The notes beneath the pieces were generated by a model. The model was not told the DNA's origin, ran no database searches, and saw nothing but the letters and a program-made list of their open reading frames with translations. The position numbers and the translations under genes are program-made. A stretch of DNA of 59,847 nt, filler included. It is 6 parts of 6 records of this genome, joined end to end, with 100 filler letters (N's around TTAATTAATTAA, not from the genome) between each part and the next. Parts side by side here need not be neighbours in the genome. Positions count along the whole stretch, not along the records: positions 1 to 6,028 come from DRR723986_20505; positions 6,129 to 12,291 come from DRR723986_20551; 4 more parts are not named here. The stretch is one strand, 5' to 3'. Below, one piece after another: positions 1 to 10,387 of this stretch. Position 1 is the stretch's first letter. The number at the start of each line of letters is the position of its first letter.

Positions 1-3000
1 ATGGACGGGTCGTCAGGGTGGACGTCCAGCACCGGCGTGTACCAGCGCATGTACCCCACCCCCTTCGGAACCACTGCGCTGCAAACTGCTGCGGATTGTG
101 CTTCTGGTGCCGGGACCGTGTGCCAAACCGTCACGACCACGCCCGCCGAACGGCACACTCTGTCCTTTGCGGCGACCGGCATCACAGCGTCGACCCTGCA
201 GGTGCAACTGATCGCGAATGGTACCACGGAGACGCTGTCGTTCTCTGTCGCACCCGGGGTTGCAGGAGGTTCGCTATGCGCCCCGCCGAGTGCGTGTTCT
301 TGTTACCGACTGACCAACGCAACCCTTCCCCCCCCTCCTCCTCCCTTTGTATTCGGGCAGGCACGTGCACGACGTCCCTCGTTGCACAGTACGCAGACGT
401 CACGGGACTGCTGATTGGGTCGTGCAACGACGGGTTTGGTTCCCAGAGCGCGTTTGGTGACCCTGCCGACTACTGCGCGTACTTGTGTAGCCACGAGTTG
501 GAGTGCGCGGCGTTCTTTTCCCATACTGTGGCGAGCCCCACGTCCGGCAGGTGCTGCTTGTTCTCGAGCACGGCGGTCACCTCACCGGTCGCCGGAACGG
601 ACGGCACGCTCTTCACCCAAGCGTGCGATTGGTCCAGCACGGAGTTTGGCGACTGGAGGTCGCATTCCGCAATGTTTGTGGCCGCGGCCAACGAGACCCA
701 GATTTGCTTCTTGACAGACGCGTCCGAGTGCGTGCTGATTGACCACGTTCGACTCGTGCAAGGTGCGCGGTCTGTTGTGATTGGATTGTTTTGTCGTTGT
801 GTTGTTGCGCGTTCGTTTGACAAACTTACCCCGTGCGTGCTCGTGGTTGTACAGGAGCTGCCCGAGCAACAAGTGAGCAGAGCAGGCCCCTCTTGCATCC
901 GCGTTGAACAAACTGAAATCTCCCCCCTTCCTCCTTCCTCCCTCCTCTCAGGCTGCCCCTCAAGCGACTTTGCGCTGTCCTCGCTCGAGGGAAATCTGGT
1001 CGACGCCAACCTCGGGCACACGGGCGTGTGGGAAACCGAAACGTTCGTGCTCGGGTCGGACGCTGTGTTCACGTTCGATATTGCAGGCTCTGCACAACCG
1101 TGGGACGGCGCCGGTTCGCCCAGCGCACCTGCTGGGGGGGTGTGTGCCCTCACGCTTGAGCGGTACGAGTCGGCCACGGACACCTGGGAGGTTGTTGCTT
1201 CGAGCACGGGCAGCGGAGAGACGGAGCTGCGAGGGAGCCACTGGACACAGGCGTTTCCACACCACTCGTGGGCCGCCGGCGCCTACGCCGGGGACACGGT
1301 GCGCATTCGCGTGTACGACACCAGCGCGGACGGGTTCATTGTGGTGGACAACCTCGCGTACAAGGCGCAGTTTGTGGACACCGAGTTCTTGATTCGCTGG
1401 TCGAACTCGTCGCTGGACGACCAGTCGTACCAGCACTGGCAACAAGCCAGCAACCCTGCCACCGACCACGAGGTGGTGAACTACGTGCAGAGGCTTGTGG
1501 GCGAGACGAGCGCCGGTGCGTTCGGGGGCCTTGCCAAGTCGGGCGCGCGACAAACCTTGGGGTGCTTCTACATGGACGAGGGGGAAGGCGGCATCGACTT
1601 GCGCACCATGCTGGACTCGCCCCTCGAACCGGCGCTCTGCGCGCGCCATTGCCGAGGCCTGGACTTCCACTACGCCGCCGTGTTCCGCCAGCGCGTGGAC
1701 GGGGCCGAGGTGGGCAAGGGGAACTGCGCTTGCATGGACGCGTACGGGTCGGGCGGATTGTCCACCACGTGTTCCAATGGTGTGGGGAGCTCCGACTCTT
1801 ACAACGCGTACTCCTCGGGTGCGTCAAGGACGTCCCCCTCCCCCCCCAACCAACCCACTCTCCAAAACCTCTATCTCCCCCATTTTTTACCCGGTTTGGT
1901 GTTGCCCTCCAAGCAGACTCGCGCAAGGCACGCTACTGGCGGATCCGCGCCACACCGTTCGACATGCAGGGGGTGAGCCTGGCGGAGCTGAAGTTCGTCG
2001 TGGACGGCGAGGAAACGTCGTTGGACACCCGCACTGTGACCTCAATGGTGGCCGCTTACGACCACGAAGACCAGTGGGTGCTTCCGGTGGCGTGCTCCAC
2101 GGGCGCAGGCGCGGTTGACGCGACCACGTGCAACAACGCGATCGACGGCGACTCTGGCACGTCCTTCAACGCGGACGTCAGCGCTGGCGCGGGGTTCGAC
2201 ATCACGCTGGACCTTGGGTCGATCAAGCGGGTGACGAAAATGGAGCTCTACAAGGCGGCAACTGCGCTGACGCACGGCGTGCAGGAACTGAGGCTGGAGT
2301 ACGCCCAGGTGGCGACCGGCGAGCGGACGAGCGCCGGGTCGTTCTTGTCCCCGCTGGCCCCGCTGACGGAGCACGAGGTGTTCCAGGGCTTCGACTTTGA
2401 GGCCCGGGTGGTGTACGTGACGGTGGTGAGCGTGCACGGGGCGTCCGACTTCGCCGAAATCGTCGACCTGCGGTTCTTCTCTCCCGAGACGTCCAGCGGC
2501 GTGGAGCTCGCGTTCGACGGGCTCTTCCCTGCGTTCGAGCCGTCGTGCGGCGGCAACACCTGGCACGTGCCGGGCCACGCGGGCGACATGGACTTTTTCG
2601 TGGACATGGGCGAGCCAGTCGCCGTGGAGGGCTTGATGTGGGGCCCGCAGTGCTGTGCCGGGTGCCACCGCCCCGCATCGTTGAGCGTGTCCAAGTCGGA
2701 CGACTCTGTGGTGTGGATTCCTGTGCACGCCATCGCGGAGATCGACGCCGGCGAGTGGCCCAGCAACGTGGGCGAGTACCTGAGGCTGGACCTGCACCAG
2801 TTCCCCGGGGCACAAGAAACGTGCGAGACGCACGCGCTGTGGGCCAACGCGTGGGCGCCCGGCGCGGCGTGGGACGTGGACGTCACGGTGGCGTCCGCAC
2901 GGGCGGTGAGCATGGTGCTCACCAACGCTGCCGCGGGCGCGTTCGGGCTGTTCCAGACCGTCACCCTCGTGTCGGGGGCGCAGTACGTGCTCATCGTGCG

Positions 3001-6000
3001 CGGCAGCTCGTCGCGGGGCAACGCGCACCTGTCCGTCGACGGCACGCCCGACGCGGTTGCCGTGCTGCCCACCGGCGCGGCGACGGTGACGACGCACTTT
3101 GGCGCGGCGTCTTCGTCCGTCGCCGTGGGCGTGGTGTTCGCGGCGCTCTCGGGCGGCAGCACGGTGGTCGGCGACCGTGCCGTGGTCCAGCACGCCGAGG
3201 TGCGGCGCGCGTGCGAGCAGGGCGGGTTCTGCAACATGGTGGCCGACTCGGCACCAGCGGCGTGGGCCTCCGCAACTCCCGGGTCCACGTCGACCGTGGC
3301 CACCTCCGGGGACTGCTCCGGCGCGTGCGAGGCCGACCACGCTTGCGCGCAGGCCGTGTTCGACGGCACGACCTGCCACGCGTTTGGGACGGTGCTGCAA
3401 GGCGGCGCACTGGAGCCGAGCGCGGGGGTGTCCGCTTGCACCAAGTCGCGCTCCCCGGTGGCGTGGTCCAGCGCCGGGGCGTTGGAGGACGACCTGCTGC
3501 TGTCGCAGCCCAGCGCAGGCACGGGCAGCACGGTGGAGGTGTTCGTGCGCGAGAGGGACGGGGAGGCGCCGAGCGTGGTGGTCACGCGCGTGTCGCCCGC
3601 GCTGTGCACGGACATGGCGCTGCGGTGGGAAGTGCTTTTCAGCGAGGCGGTGGACGGCTTCTCCGCGTCCGATGCCACCGTGCAGATGCCGGACGCGGGC
3701 ATGGAGGCCAAGCACGTGGCGATCGTGTCCACGCTGTCCGAGAAGCGCGCGTTCGTGGTGGAGGTGCTCGTCGACTACGAGCGGTACGGTGCGCGGGTGA
3801 CGGGCAACTACACGCTGTCGGTGGGCGCGGGAGCAGCGCGCGATGCGGCGCACAACCCGTCGCTCGAGTCCAACGCCGACCAGTACGTCTACTTGGACAC
3901 ACCGCCCACGGTGCGCGTGACGCGCGTGAGCGCGGAGGTGTCGTCCGTGGGCGCGAGCATGACGTGGTCGGTCAAGTTCAACGAGCCGGTGCAGGGGTTC
4001 TCGGTGGCGGCCGCGCTGCAGGTGCGCACCGCGCAAGGCGCCAGCCTCGGCTCGGGCCCGTCGCTGATCGCCACGCGCGTGCCGTTCCAAGAGTTCCTGG
4101 TGGAGGCGGTGGCCGGGGCGACGGGGGTGGTGGACGTGGTCGTGCCGGCGGGCGTGGTCACGGACGCCTCCGGCAGCCCGAACCTGGGCTCCGCCGCGGG
4201 CCGCACGGCGGTGCTGGTGCGCGACGTGCACGACGAGCTCGCCGCGTACCTCACCTTCGACGCGGTGGACGTGGACGTGTCCGGCGACTTTGCGGCGGCA
4301 CCGCGGGTGTCGTTCGGGGACAACTCGGGGCTGGTGGACGCCACGCTGTCCGGCGACTACGTGCTCACGGCGAGCATGTTCGGCCAGGCCGTCTCGTTCG
4401 CCGGCGACGCTGCCACAGGCGTTGGGGGGTTCGTCGCGCTCAACGAGCACACGGACCCCAAGGGAGGCAGCTTCACCGTGGCACTGTGGTTCCGCTACCC
4501 GCACGGGGTGCCCTCGGAGGACGAGCTGCTGGTGGGCGACGGGTACGCCGGGGACGCGTCCGACGGAGGGTGGTGGGTCACCGTCGTGGACGGGGGCAGC
4601 GTGCTGAACGCGACCGTGCAGAACGAGCCCGGGTTCTCGCTCAGCGAAGGCAGGGCGCTGCCGGGCGACGGCGCTTGGCACCACTACGCGCTGGTGCTGG
4701 ACCGCGACAGCAACCTGCTCGTCACGTACGTGGACGGGGTCTCCAGCGCCGGCACGTTCATGTCGCCCGCCTTCAACCTGGAGAGCCGCGACTACACCCT
4801 GAGGGCGGGCTTCGTCTCCGGCGTGCCGCACGCCTACTCGGCGACCATTGACGACCTCGCGTCGTGGTCGCGCGCGCTGGGCGAGTGCGAGGTCGCCGAG
4901 ATCTACGCGCGCGGCGTGCGGCGCGTGCAGGCGGCGGAGGACTGGGAGATGCAGTACCGGCGCGACGCGCTGCACCTCTCGCCCCGCGAGCTGGAGACCA
5001 CGCTGCACGAGTGCGGCGCGTACCGCAGCTCGGAGTTCGCGTGCGGCAACGCGCTGGAGGTGGTCGAAGACGATGGCCTGGGGCACGCGTGGCTGCTACC
5101 GGACGGCGAGTCGGGCAAGGGGTTCGTGGTGGACCTCGGGGTGGCCAAGGCCGTCACGGCGGTGCAGCTGCGCAACACGCGCAACTCGGTGCACGGCGAC
5201 CGCGGCACGGAGCGCTACCGCGTGCGCACGTCGGTGGACGGCAGCACGTGGCACACCGCGCTTGCGGGGGTGATGGCCGACCCGCGCGGCGTGGACGCGG
5301 ACATCGACCTGTTTTGGGAAGTGGAGGAGGTGACGTCCAACACCACGCTGTGGGACTTTGAGTCGGGCACCACCGACGGGTGGACCGCCAAGCCGTGCGG
5401 GCACGGCAACGAGCAAGCGTTCCGCACCGGGCACCAGCCTGCGAGCGTGTCCACCAGCGCGTTCGCCGGGGCCGCGGCGTGTCCGTCGCAGGGCGACTGC
5501 AGCGTGGACGGCAGCTTCTTCGTGGTCTCGAACGAGGGCCGCCACACCCTTAGCGGGACCGCAAACGAGGACACGGGGATCCTCGAGTCTCCCGTGTTCG
5601 ACGTCGCGCCCAACACTGTGCTCACGCTCAAGGTGGGGGGCAGCAACGGTCCCTGGCCGCAGGGCGCTGACCCGGCGGCGCCGCCCGCGGACGTGGCGTG
5701 CGTTGCGCTGGAGTCCCTCAACTCGGCCACCTTCGAGTGGACCACCCTCCTGTCGGCCACCGGGTCGGGCACGGAGGCGTTGGAGGAAGTGGAGTGGGAC
5801 CTGAGCCACCACGAGGGATACACGGTGCGCCTGCGGCTGTACGACACCCACGAGGGCGGCTTCGTTGCGCTGGACAGCGTCAGGGTCGCCTCGAACCGGC
5901 GCAACCAGGCGCTGGGCGAGAGGTGGTTGGGGGTGCGCGACAGCACGGCACCCGCGTGCGTCTCGTTGGGCGCAGCGTCGACGGCGAGCACCGAGGCCGA

Positions 6001-6028
6001 GTGCAAGGTGCTGTGCAGTGGCACCCCA
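1..6028 (+). CDS. Partial spliced eukaryotic gene for a giant extracellular mosaic protein (PAN/apple, WSC, F5/8-C discoidin, bacterial Ig-like, LamG domains). Predicted exons <1-289, 361-762, 855-872, 952-1818, 1917->6028
   Basis: Three ORF-track frames join in phase across GT..AG introns with pyrimidine tracts: 290-360 (GTGCGT..CAG), 763-854, 873-951, 1819-1916. WSC-like LGCF..ALCARHC..YAAV..CAC; Ig-like VLFSEAVDGF..DAAHNPS and VKFNEPVQGF..DASGSPN; LamG-like FTVALWF..WHHYALV..TYVDG..IDDLASWSRAL. Confidence 0.75.
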
Positions 6029-6128
6029 NNNNNNNNNNNNNNNNNNNNNNNNNNNNNNNNNNNNNNNNNNNNTTAATTAATTAANNNNNNNNNNNNNNNN
6101 NNNNNNNNNNNNNNNNNNNNNNNNNNNN
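6029..6128. other. Artificial contig linker (N44-TTAATTAATTAA-N44)
   Basis: Same linker recurs at 12292-12391, 17591-17690, 26336-26435 and 43454-43553; composition and taxonomy change across each. Confidence 0.99.
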
Positions 6129-6158
6129 GGGCCTCGGCACATGCCGGGGCCCTTTTTC
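6129..6158 (+). terminator. Rho-independent terminator of a gene upstream of the contig start
   Basis: GGGCCTCGGCA-CA-TGCCGGGGCCC hairpin followed by a T-run. Confidence 0.6.
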
Positions 6159-6319
6159 TGTTTCCGGGCTGCAAACGATCCCGGATAGCTGTTTCCCAAT
6201 TACCGCCGCATTTTGTCCATAATTGCGCATTTTTGCCGTATTTTCGCCCCAGTTCGCCGCGATCTTGCCATGGTCTGCTCGGGATGCTGCCACATCCCTC
6301 AACCCCTGGAGGATCTGCC

Positions 6320-6517
6320 ATGCGTGCAACTGCCCGCCTGAAGTCGTTTGCCCTATGTGAATCTGGTGTCGTGACCGTTGATTGGGTCGTCCTGACCGCT
6401 GCCATGGTCGGTGTCGGCCTTGCCGTTACCAACTCGGTTGCCGATGGTCTGGAAGACCTGTCCAACGAAATTCGCATCCAACTGGAACGCGACCATATCG
6501 TCGATGAGTTCAACTGA
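6320..6517 (+). CDS. flp: Flp/Tad type IVc pilin
   Basis: ESG|VVTVDWVVLTAAMVGVGLAV prepilin motif with hydrophobic helix; GGAGG RBS before ATG 6320. Confidence 0.85.
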   Translation: MRATARLKSFALCESGVVTVDWVVLTAAMVGVGLAVTNSVADGLEDLSNEIRIQLERDHIVDEFN

Positions 6518-6723
6518 AATCTCCGGTTCCGCTCTGCCAGACGGAACCCGCTTACTTTGCCTAAACTGGTAGGGATTCGGCGTCACGCCGTCCCTGCTCT
6601 GCCTTGTTTCTGCCGTGTCCGGGGGGGCATATTCCCCCTGCCCCTCAGAGGGTTTGCGTCAGAATGCGCTGCTTTCCCGCCGATTGGCGGGTCAACACCA
6701 ACAAGGCAAAGCAGGAGCACGCC

Positions 6724-6936
6724 ATGTCCATGAAATCCTTTACGTCCTTTCTGTCCGAGGAGTCGGGCGCCGTCACCGTTGACTGGGTTGTTCTGACCGC
6801 AGCGCTCGTGGGGCTTGGCCTCGCTGTGATCTCGGTCGTATCCACAGGCCTCGAAGACCTGTCCGGCGACATCCAGGGTCAGCTTGAATCCGACCACGTG
6901 ACCGCAGGGTTCTCCAGTTCGACGACCACGGACTAA
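6724..6936 (+). CDS. flp: Flp/Tad type IVc pilin (second paralog)
   Basis: ESG|AVTVDWVVLTAALVGLGLAV; AGGAG RBS; lies directly upstream of cpaB. Confidence 0.88.
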   Translation: MSMKSFTSFLSEESGAVTVDWVVLTAALVGLGLAVISVVSTGLEDLSGDIQGQLESDHVTAGFSSSTTTD

Positions 6937-7110
6937 GGCGCCTTGCGCCCGCCTGAGGGGCCGCATCGTCGGCCCCAAGGGCCGCCCGCTGCCGAAGGAT
7001 GGTCGAGAGCCGACCATTCTTTTGCCCAATTTCTCTGCAAGGATCACCCTGATGAGAGCGTGCCGGCAATGACCGGTGCGCCAGATAGAGCACAAAAAAA
7101 GGGCAGTAGC

Positions 7111-7932
7111 ATGCGAGTCATTTTTGGACTTGTCCTGATCATTGGTATCGGCCTCGCGGGCTTTGCAGTCTACGTAGCAAAGGACCGCTTCACTCAATAT
7201 CAAGCCGCGCTGGAATCTCAGCGGGGCGAAATCGTTCCCACGACCACCGTCTATGTGGTGACCCGGCAGATGCGCTACGGCGAACAGCTGCGTCCCCAGG
7301 ATGTCCGCGCTATCGAATGGCCCGAAGCTTTCGTACCCTTCGGGGCTTTCACCAGTTCCGAGGATCTGTTCCCGGCCGACGCGGACGAACCCCGCACTGT
7401 ACTGCGCGTGATGGAACGCAATGAACCTGTCTTGGTGTCCAAGGTCACAGCCCCCGGCGAAGATGCGGGCGTCGCCTCTCGGCTGGGGCGCGGTATGCGC
7501 GCCTTCGCGCTGCGCGTCGATGTTGCCAGCGGCGTGTCGGGCTTTCTACGCCCCGGCGACCGGGTGGATGTCTACTGGTCCGGCAATGCGCGCGGGGAAA
7601 ACGTGACGCGGCTCATTCAGGCGTCATTGCAGATCATCGCCATCGACCAGACCGATGACGAGGACCGCAACAACCCAACCATTGCCCGCACCATTACGGT
7701 CGAGGCGCCGCCCGACCAGATCGCCGCGCTGGCACAGGCGCAGGCAACCGGTAACCTGACCCTGGCGCTTGTGGGTGTGCGCGACGACACGGAATCCGAA
7801 ACCATCGAAGTGACGCAGGACAGTCTGCTCGGGGTGGCCGAAGCCCCGGTCGATGCGGGCCCGCGGATCTGTACGGTTCGCAATCGTCGCGGGGCAGAGG
7901 TCATCGTGACCCAGGTTCCGTGCACCAACTGA
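7111..7932 (+). CDS. cpaB: Flp pilus assembly protein CpaB/RcpC
   Basis: N-terminal TM, SAF domain, GMRAFALRVDVASGVSGFLRPGDRVDV motif. Confidence 0.93.
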   Translation: MRVIFGLVLIIGIGLAGFAVYVAKDRFTQYQAALESQRGEIVPTTTVYVVTRQMRYGEQLRPQDVRAIEWPEAFVPFGAFTSSEDLFPADADEPRTVLRVMERNEPVLVSKVTAPGEDAGVASRLGRGMRAFALRVDVASGVSGFLRPGDRVDVYWSGNARGENVTRLIQASLQIIAIDQTDDEDRNNPTIARTITVEAPPDQIAALAQAQATGNLTLALVGVRDDTESETIEVTQDSLLGVAEAPVDAGPRICTVRNRRGAEVIVTQVPCTN

Positions 7933-8137
7933 TCCAACCGACACGCGTATCCGGCCCCCAGCATCTTGGGGGCCGCTTGCCGTTCCGGGCCAGACTTGGG
8001 CCATCGTGCTTTCCCGACAACATGAAGTGTGGCCTGCAAGATGCTGATTCTTGCGCCAGAAAGGGTTTTCGGGCATTGTGCACCGAAAGGGGCCGTCAGA
8101 GCCCACCCAAAAACGTGATCAGAGAGGCAGGATCACA

Positions 8138-9550
8138 ATGAGCATTTTGCGCCATATCTGCGCCGCCCTTGTTGGCTGTGCGCTGGTCGTATCGACACCC
8201 ACGCGTTCATATTCGCAGGCTCTCCGTGTATTGGAAGGGGCCACATCCGCCACGCTGCGTGTGCCGATGAACCGGGCCGTGGTGGTCGAAAGTGAGGCGC
8301 TGTTTGCCGAACTTTCCGTCGCGAACCCCAACATCGCCGATATCGCAACACTGTCGGAACGGACCATCTACGTTCTTGGCCGCGCGCCGGGGCGCACCAC
8401 GATGACGCTGCTCAGCGTCGAGGGGCAGTTGATCGCCAATGTGGAAATTCAGGTTGTGCCCGATCTGGCCGAATTCCGGGAACGCCTGCAGGAAATCCTG
8501 CCAAGCGAAGAGATCGAGGTGCGCACTGCCAATGACGGTATCGTCCTCTCCGGCACCGTTTCATCTGGCCAGGTGCTCGACCGTGCGATGGAACTGGCGG
8601 AACGCTACGCGCCGGGCCGTGTCTCGAACATGATGATGGTGGGTGGCAGCCAGCAGGTCATGCTGCGGGTGCGCTTCGCCGAAATGTCGCGCAGCGTCAG
8701 CCGCGAACTGGGGGCCTCGCTTGGGATCGCCGGTTCGGTCTTCGGCGGTGACGGCGGCGCGACCCTTGGCACCGGCGGTATGAACGCAACCGGACCCGCC
8801 GGGTTCGGCATCGGGCAATCCCTGCCCGCCAATACCACCGGCCGCAATGGTGCGCTTGGGGTCAGCTTTGGCACCAACAGCCTGCAACTTTCGGTCATGC
8901 TGGAAGCTCTGGAAGCCAACGGCGTGGTCCGTACCCTTGCGGAACCGAGCCTGAGCGCGCTGTCCGGCGCGACCGCAACCTTCAATGCCGGCGGTGAATT
9001 TGCCGTTCCGGTGCAGACGGAAAACGGTGTATCGGTTGAATTCCGTCCCTTCGGCGTGGTGATGAACTTCACCCCCACGGTGGTGTCGGACGAAACCATC
9101 AACCTGCAACTATCGGCCGAAGTTTCGGCCATTGATACGCTGGTGCCCACGGTCAACGGCGTTCCCGGCCTGCGCACCCGATCTGCCTCCACGACCGTTG
9201 AGATGCGCGACGGCGAAAGCTTTGCCATTGCCGGGCTGTTGCAGGACGATTTCCGCGATGCGATCGGCCAGGTGCCGTGGCTTGGCGATATCCCGGTTCT
9301 GGGCGCGCTGTTCCGCAGCGCCAGCTATCAGCGCGAACAGTCTGAACTGGTGATCATCGTCAGTGCCCATCTGGTATCGCCGACGCGCGGCGAGGCCCTG
9401 GCCCTGCCGACGGATCGCATACGTATCCCCACCGAAAACGAGCTTTTCCTGCTTGGCCTGACGGCCGGGCGCGTTCCAAACGCGGGCACTCCCGCGGGCG
9501 ATGTCGCGCAGCAGGATTTCGGCGGTTCCTACGGCTATGTGATGGAGTAA
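8138..9550 (+). CDS. cpaC: Tad secretin CpaC/RcpA
   Basis: Signal peptide, BON-like domain, QQVMLRVRFAEM, LAEPSL..SG..A.F.AGGEF, VPWLGDIPVLGALFRS. Confidence 0.95.
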   Translation: MSILRHICAALVGCALVVSTPTRSYSQALRVLEGATSATLRVPMNRAVVVESEALFAELSVANPNIADIATLSERTIYVLGRAPGRTTMTLLSVEGQLIANVEIQVVPDLAEFRERLQEILPSEEIEVRTANDGIVLSGTVSSGQVLDRAMELAERYAPGRVSNMMMVGGSQQVMLRVRFAEMSRSVSRELGASLGIAGSVFGGDGGATLGTGGMNATGPAGFGIGQSLPANTTGRNGALGVSFGTNSLQLSVMLEALEANGVVRTLAEPSLSALSGATATFNAGGEFAVPVQTENGVSVEFRPFGVVMNFTPTVVSDETINLQLSAEVSAIDTLVPTVNGVPGLRTRSASTTVEMRDGESFAIAGLLQDDFRDAIGQVPWLGDIPVLGALFRSASYQREQSELVIIVSAHLVSPTRGEALALPTDRIRIPTENELFLLGLTAGRVPNAGTPAGDVAQQDFGGSYGYVME

Positions 9551-9554
9551 GATC

Positions 9555-10172
9555 ATGGGCATCCCGATGAAATCCCTCCTTCTGGTCGGTGTCGCGGCGC
9601 TTGCGCTGACCGGCTGTGACCGCATCCGCAACGTGGGCGAAGCCGGTAGCTTCCTGGACGAAGGCGGCTTCGGCGACCCGACCATGAACAACGTTCTGGT
9701 GATGACCGGGCAGCGATCCTATGTGGAAGAGCTGTCGACCCGCTTCGCGCAGGAAGTCCCCACCACCATCAACTTCGCCTTCAACAGCGCAGCACTCGAT
9801 TCGCAGGCACGGGCGGTTTTGCGCCAGCAGGCGCAGTGGATTCTGCAATTCCCCGAGGTCAGGTTCAGCGTCTATGGCCACACCGATCTGGTTGGCTCGG
9901 ACGCCTATAACCTCAGCCTCGGACGCCGCCGCGCGCAGGCTGCCGTGACCTTCCTGGTCAGCCAGGGCATTGCCCGCAGTCGCCTCGAAGCGCTTGTAAC
10001 CCTTGGAGAATCTCAGCCCCTTGTGGCCACGCAAGACCGCGAATTGCGCAATCGGCGCACCGTCACCGAGGTCAGCGGATTCGTTCAGAATGACCCGCTG
10101 GTGCTGGACGGGCGTTATGCCGATATCGTCTATCGCGCCTATGCCGGCCCCCGGTCAACCGGAGGCGGCTGA
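9555..10172 (+). CDS. OmpA-family lipoprotein in the Tad locus (CpaD/pilotin position)
   Basis: Lipobox LTGC; INFAFNS, GHTD..GS..YN..LG.RRA and NRR OmpA motifs. Confidence 0.88.
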   Translation: MGIPMKSLLLVGVAALALTGCDRIRNVGEAGSFLDEGGFGDPTMNNVLVMTGQRSYVEELSTRFAQEVPTTINFAFNSAALDSQARAVLRQQAQWILQFPEVRFSVYGHTDLVGSDAYNLSLGRRRAQAAVTFLVSQGIARSRLEALVTLGESQPLVATQDRELRNRRTVTEVSGFVQNDPLVLDGRYADIVYRAYAGPRSTGGG

Positions 10173-10387
10173 CCCGCTCGACGCGGGCAAGCCCCGGTAA
10201 ATACCCAATAGTTTCGGTTTTTTGGTCGTATTGTTGCCCAACTTGGAGGCCAAACAGATCATCGGAGGCAGAGTGGCGGGGTCCTGATCGAGCGGGAATC
10301 AAGCCTGACCTCCCGGTGAGCGGCGCTTCTGCTGCGACCGAAACGACAACCGACCCGGAAAAATCCGGGCATTCCGGGGTATAAACG

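Noticed and set aside
2042-5086. 1014-aa minus-strand ORF and other long overlapping ORFs in contig 1
   Set aside because: Shadow ORFs of a very GC-rich coding strand; Arg/His/Ala-rich with no domain signal.
6029-6128. TTAATTAATTAA palindromes within N runs (five occurrences) as a biological repeat
   Set aside because: Artificial all-frame-stop linker joining contigs; ORFs reading through it and any cross-linker gene neighbourhoods are artefacts.
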